Source of the DNA: Tubiluchus corallicola
Taxonomy: Eukaryota > Animalia > Priapulida
Reading direction: 5' to 3'
Assembly: GCA_030141605.1 (NCBI GenBank)
Contig: JAQGDQ010001445.1
Location: 1 to 40,646 of the forward strand
Length of the DNA: 40,646 bases
Shown: positions 36,326 to 40,646 of the stretch, one piece after another
Layout of the letters: every line of letters begins with the position of its first letter
Position numbering within the stretch: the stretch's first letter is position 1
Notes under the pieces: generated by a model
What the model was told of the DNA's origin: nothing
The model's input: the letters and a program-made list of their open reading frames with translations, nothing else
Database searches by the model: none
Program-made: the position numbers and the translations under genes

Positions 36326-37894
36326 TTAATACAAATAGATTGTAAATTAAAACCCATTATTGGCTGGCCAGAAAACTTAATGGCGAGATAAACTTATAAT
36401 ATTTTTTGAAATCGAGCTAGGCATAATGAAGTGAACTGTAGTTTTAACAAAATGAAAATATGAAATGAAAATGGATGCAGACTTTTTTATTTCGACCATG
36501 CTTGGGTATATAGACCCAGTGTTTTAACCCTCACACGTAGAACGTGGACAGTTTTGGCAAAGGAATTCGAATCGAATATGGAAAAACAAGGCGTACAAAA
36601 GCCGGAAGATGGGGTTCAATTCATTAGACCTCTTCTTAAAACAAAAGCCAAGTCTCTCGGGAAGTTGAGCTTATTCTAATATTTGAGAAAAATGTAAGAA
36701 AGTTTCAGCAATGAAATTGTGATAAGCATCTCGTGTAATTAGTAAAATCAATTGAAAGTCGTGATTACTTTACGTTTGTTCGCGCTAATTTTGGTGAAAA
36801 TATCCGGTTACCGTGTAATTTAAACAGTTATTATGCCAAGTGCTTCAGAATCTTTTTATCACTTATTGAGCCAATTCTATAGACTAAGTCACCAACCCGG
36901 TACCTACTGTATGCTCGCAAGTTTACATGTGTATCTGAAAGTCAACAAAAGTCTGTAAATTAATTACATTTACCTAATTAATGTATACTACTTACACATT
37001 TTATGGTATAATTCTGCGGGTTAAAGCAATGTAACCACTTTAACCTTGGTCATAATTGATCAAATGACTAATTTTTACAGAAACACAGTTAAACACAACA
37101 TTAGAATAACGGAACTTCTAAGCAAACTGTAGAAATTTCTCAACGCGTATCTTCATCACAGCTGCCTTCACAGCATTCACGCTGCCCAGCAGACACCAGC
37201 TTACGTCATTTTTTTCAAATATGCCGGCAGCGACGTTCGTTTGAAGGGGAGATCAGAAATTTTTAAATTTCTTTTACATTTTAAGCAAAGCATTTTATGA
37301 TCATATTTTGTATTGTGATTTCAATACTTTGAATTGTTATTAAAATGCAATAAATGTCGTGCGAGGATTGGTACTGCCTTTAAAAATTTGAATGTTTTTA
37401 GTGATGGTTCTTTGTCACTAAATTAGGTTAATTTATACCCCTCACTTTTAACTTCTAATAATTAAATGAAAGCGATTCTGAAGAACTACAAACGTGAATC
37501 TACTTTATCGAGTTTGTATGTCTGGCAATGTCTGCATGCATGGCTGCACGAAGCCGCCGATTAACCCACATCTGCACACGAATCGGAGGAATTTTTCCTT
37601 GACCAGGAAAAATTCGCGTATTTGTTTAATTAGTAACACGAGGCAGTCGAGTTTCCTCCAGGCAGCTGCTTGTCATGGAGGATAATTACTTGCTTGTTCC
37701 TTTATCCTTGTCTGAATCTGATCAAGGGTAGAATAACACGCCGTACCCTCTTAATTGGAGTTGGAGTGTCAAGGTGTTAGGATTGATTCATTCTTTTACA
37801 CGTTAAAAAACGCCAGTTCTAGAAAGTGTCTGTCTTATAACTTCAATCCGTCCTTCTTAACCTTCGTAACAGACTGAAAACTTGACAGATTTCA

Positions 37895-39560
37895 TGCAGT
37901 ATTCAGACTTCAGACATATTCAGTATACGTATTTCAGGCTTATTCAGTATACGTATTTCAGACGTATTCAGTATACGTACTTCAGACATATTCAGATTTC
38001 AGATATATTCAGTATACGTATTTCAGACGTATTCAAATTTCAGACATATTCAGTATACGCATTTCAGACGTATTCAGTATACATATTTCAGACCACTTCA
38101 AATTTCAGACATATTTAGTGTACGTATCTCAGACGTATTCAGTATACATATTTCAAACTACTTCAAATTTCAGGCTTATTCAGTATACGTATTTCAGACG
38201 TATTCAGTATACATATTTCAAACTACTTCAAATTTCAGGCTTATTCAGTATACGTATTTCAGACGTATTCAGTATACGTATTTCAAACTACTTCAAATTT
38301 CAGGCTTATTCAGTATACGTATCTCAGACGTATTCAGTATACATATTTCAAACTACTTCAAATTTCAGACATATTCAGTATACGTATCTCAGACGTATTC
38401 AGTATACATATTTCAAACTACTTCAAATTTCAGGCTTATTCAGTATACGTATTTCAGACGTATTCAGTATACGTATTTCAAACTACTTCAAATTTCAGGC
38501 TTATTCAGTATACGTATCTCAGACGTATTCAGTATACGTATTTCAAACTACTTCAAATTTCAGGCTTATTCAGTATACGTATTTCAGACGTATTCAGTAT
38601 ACGTATTTCAGACGTATTCAGTATACGTATTTCAGACGTATTCAGTATACGTATTTCAGACGTATTCAGTATACGTATTTCAAACTACTTCAAATTTCAG
38701 GCTTATTCAGTATACGTATTTCAGACGTATTCAGTATACGTATTTCAGACGTATTCAGTATACGTATTTCAGACGTGTTCAGTATACGTATTTCAGACGT
38801 ATTCAGTATACGTATTTCAAACTACTTCAAATTTCAGGCTTATTCAGTATACGTATTTCAGACGTATTCAGTATACGTATTTCAGACGTATTCAGTATAC
38901 ATATTTCAAACTACTTCAAATTTCAGGCTTATTCAGTATACGTATCTCAGACGTATTCAGTATACGTATTTCAAACTACTTCAAATTTCAGGCTTATTCA
39001 GTATACGTATTTCAGACGTATTCAGTATACGTATTTCAGACGTATTCAGTATACGTATTTCAGACGTGTTCAGTATACGTATTTCAGACGTATTCAGTAT
39101 ACGTATTTCAGACGTATTCAGTATACGTATTTCAGACGTATTCAGTATACGTATTTCAGACGTATTCAGTATACGTACTTGAGACGTATTCAAATTTCAG
39201 ACATATTTAGTATACGTATCTCAGACGTATTCAAAATTCAGACATATTTAGTATACGTATCTCAGACATATTCAGTATACGTATTTCAGGCTTATTCAGT
39301 ATACGTATTTCAGACGTATTCAGTATACGTATTTTAAGACGTATTCAGTATACGTATTTCAGACGTATTCAGTATACGTATTTCAGACGTATTCAGTATA
39401 CGTATTTCAGACGTATTCAGTATACGTATTTCAGACGTATTCAGTATACGTATTTCAGACGTATTCAGTATACGTATTTCAGACGTATTCAGTATACGTA
39501 TTTCAGACGTATTCAGCGTACGTATTTCAGACGTATTCAGTATACGTATTTCAGACGTAT
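37895..39560. repeat. 24-bp satellite (ttcagtatacgtatttcagacgta) with a 65-bp composite unit in its 5' half
   Basis: 8-aa periodicity (ISDVFSIR); tttcaaactac at 38151, 38216, 38281, 38346. Confidence 0.95.
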
Positions 39561-39777
39561 TTGCCTTTAGCAATAATTTGGTATTAGCCTAAAAGCGTGA
39601 GAAATCCTTGTGTTTGGTGCACCGCCCTATTAACAAATTAACCATAGATTTATAAAGTATTGTAATCTCTTGAAATTTGTCTTTTCGCTTAATCGTAACA
39701 ACGAAAGTTTGAAATAGGTGAAAAGGTACCACACTAACATTTGATCAACCGGTGAGAGGTGATACCGACTAACGTTT

Positions 39778-39937
39778 TTTATTTAAACAACAGATGGCTC
39801 CACGTGTATGTTTTTCGTATGTGTATGTAAGAAAATGTGACACTGGAATTTTATGATATATTTTGTTTTATATAGAAGTTGTCCTTTCTTTTGTTAGTTA
39901 GTAGCTTGTCTATCGTCATCGTCGTCGTCGTCGTCGC

Positions 39938-39976
<39 letters not shown>

Positions 39977-40281
39977 GGTCACCACTTGTTACGCTGTTAA
40001 AGAACTTACTTAAGTTTCATTATGACTTTATCACATTGTTGTACTTTATTTAACAACAGATGGCTCCACGTGTATGTTTTTTACGCCAAAATGTGACACC
40101 GGAATTTTATGATATATTTTGTTTTATATAGAATTTGCCCATTCTTTTGTTAGGTAGTAGCTTGTCTATCGCCATCGTCGTCGTCGCCATCATCATCATC
40201 ATCATAGTCCCCACTTGTTACGCTGTTAAAGAACTTACTTAAGTTTGATAATGAATTGATCACATTGTTGTACTTTATTTA
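39778..40281. repeat. Tandem duplication of ~235-270 bp, each copy containing (GTC)n(ATC)n
   Basis: aacaacagatggctccacgtgtatg and cacattgttgtactttattta each occur twice. Confidence 0.9.
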
Positions 40282-40378
40282 GCCAACTCAGCATCTTTGT
40301 CCAAGTCAGCCCGTACCATTTAATTCAGTAAATACTCCAAGAACTGTTTCTTATAAGTACTTTTACTTCTTGTTTCAG

Positions 40379-40469
40379 AATTAGAACAGGCATTTGAACC
40401 AAGAAATGTAAATATACAGAAAGATGTTAAGCCATCCAAGTTTTATCAGATGTTCGAAGAATTAGGAAA
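40379..40469 (+). CDS. MLCK: Second coding exon of the MLCK-like kinase: (E)LEQAFEPRNVNIQKDVKPSKFYQMFEELG(K), entering kinase subdomain I
   Basis: Acceptor cttcttgtttcAG, donor GTGAGT at 40470, open frame. Y...EELG[K/R] just before the Gly-rich loop, and F..R.V.I resembles the MLCK pre-kinase segment. The gene continues beyond the window. Confidence 0.85.
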
Positions 40470-40502
40470 GTGAGTAAAATTTTATAGCACACACTGAAAT
40501 AA

Positions 40503-40646
<144 letters not shown>

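Noticed and set aside
37025-37379. Additional TTAA-flanked Kolobok-like MITE
   Set aside because: TTAA|AG...CCT|TTAA is present, but the TIR match is weak and there is no second copy in the window.
38118-39182. 354-aa ORF
   Set aside because: Translation of the 24/65-bp satellite, which happens to lack + strand stops; the same peptides cycle through frames.

Overview
AT-rich, repeat-dense eukaryotic (invertebrate metazoan-like) genomic DNA, not prokaryotic. Most ORFs in the supplied track are artefacts of microsatellites and tandem arrays. The only host gene I can support is the 5' end of a myosin light chain kinase (MLCK / Drosophila sqa-like) gene on the + strand. Its two tiny coding exons (16822-16858 and 40379-40469) are missed by the ORF track and separated by a ~23.5-kb intron. 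The rest is non-autonomous DNA transposons (three TTAA-flanked Kolobok-like families, a Tc1/mariner-pogo-like MITE in two copies, a hAT Blackjack-like element, a piggyBac-like MITE), often nested. There are also three 5'-truncated LINE fragments, tRNA-like SINE heads, foldback palindromes, an interstitial TTAGGG tract and many mini/satellite arrays. The most striking pattern: two unrelated transposon superfamilies each have one terminus (last 42 or 44 bp, including the TIR) amplified into a tandem array, and an unexpanded sister copy of one of them lies in the same window. All family assignments rest on TIR/TSD signatures and remembered protein motifs, not database searches; coordinates and copy numbers were counted by eye.
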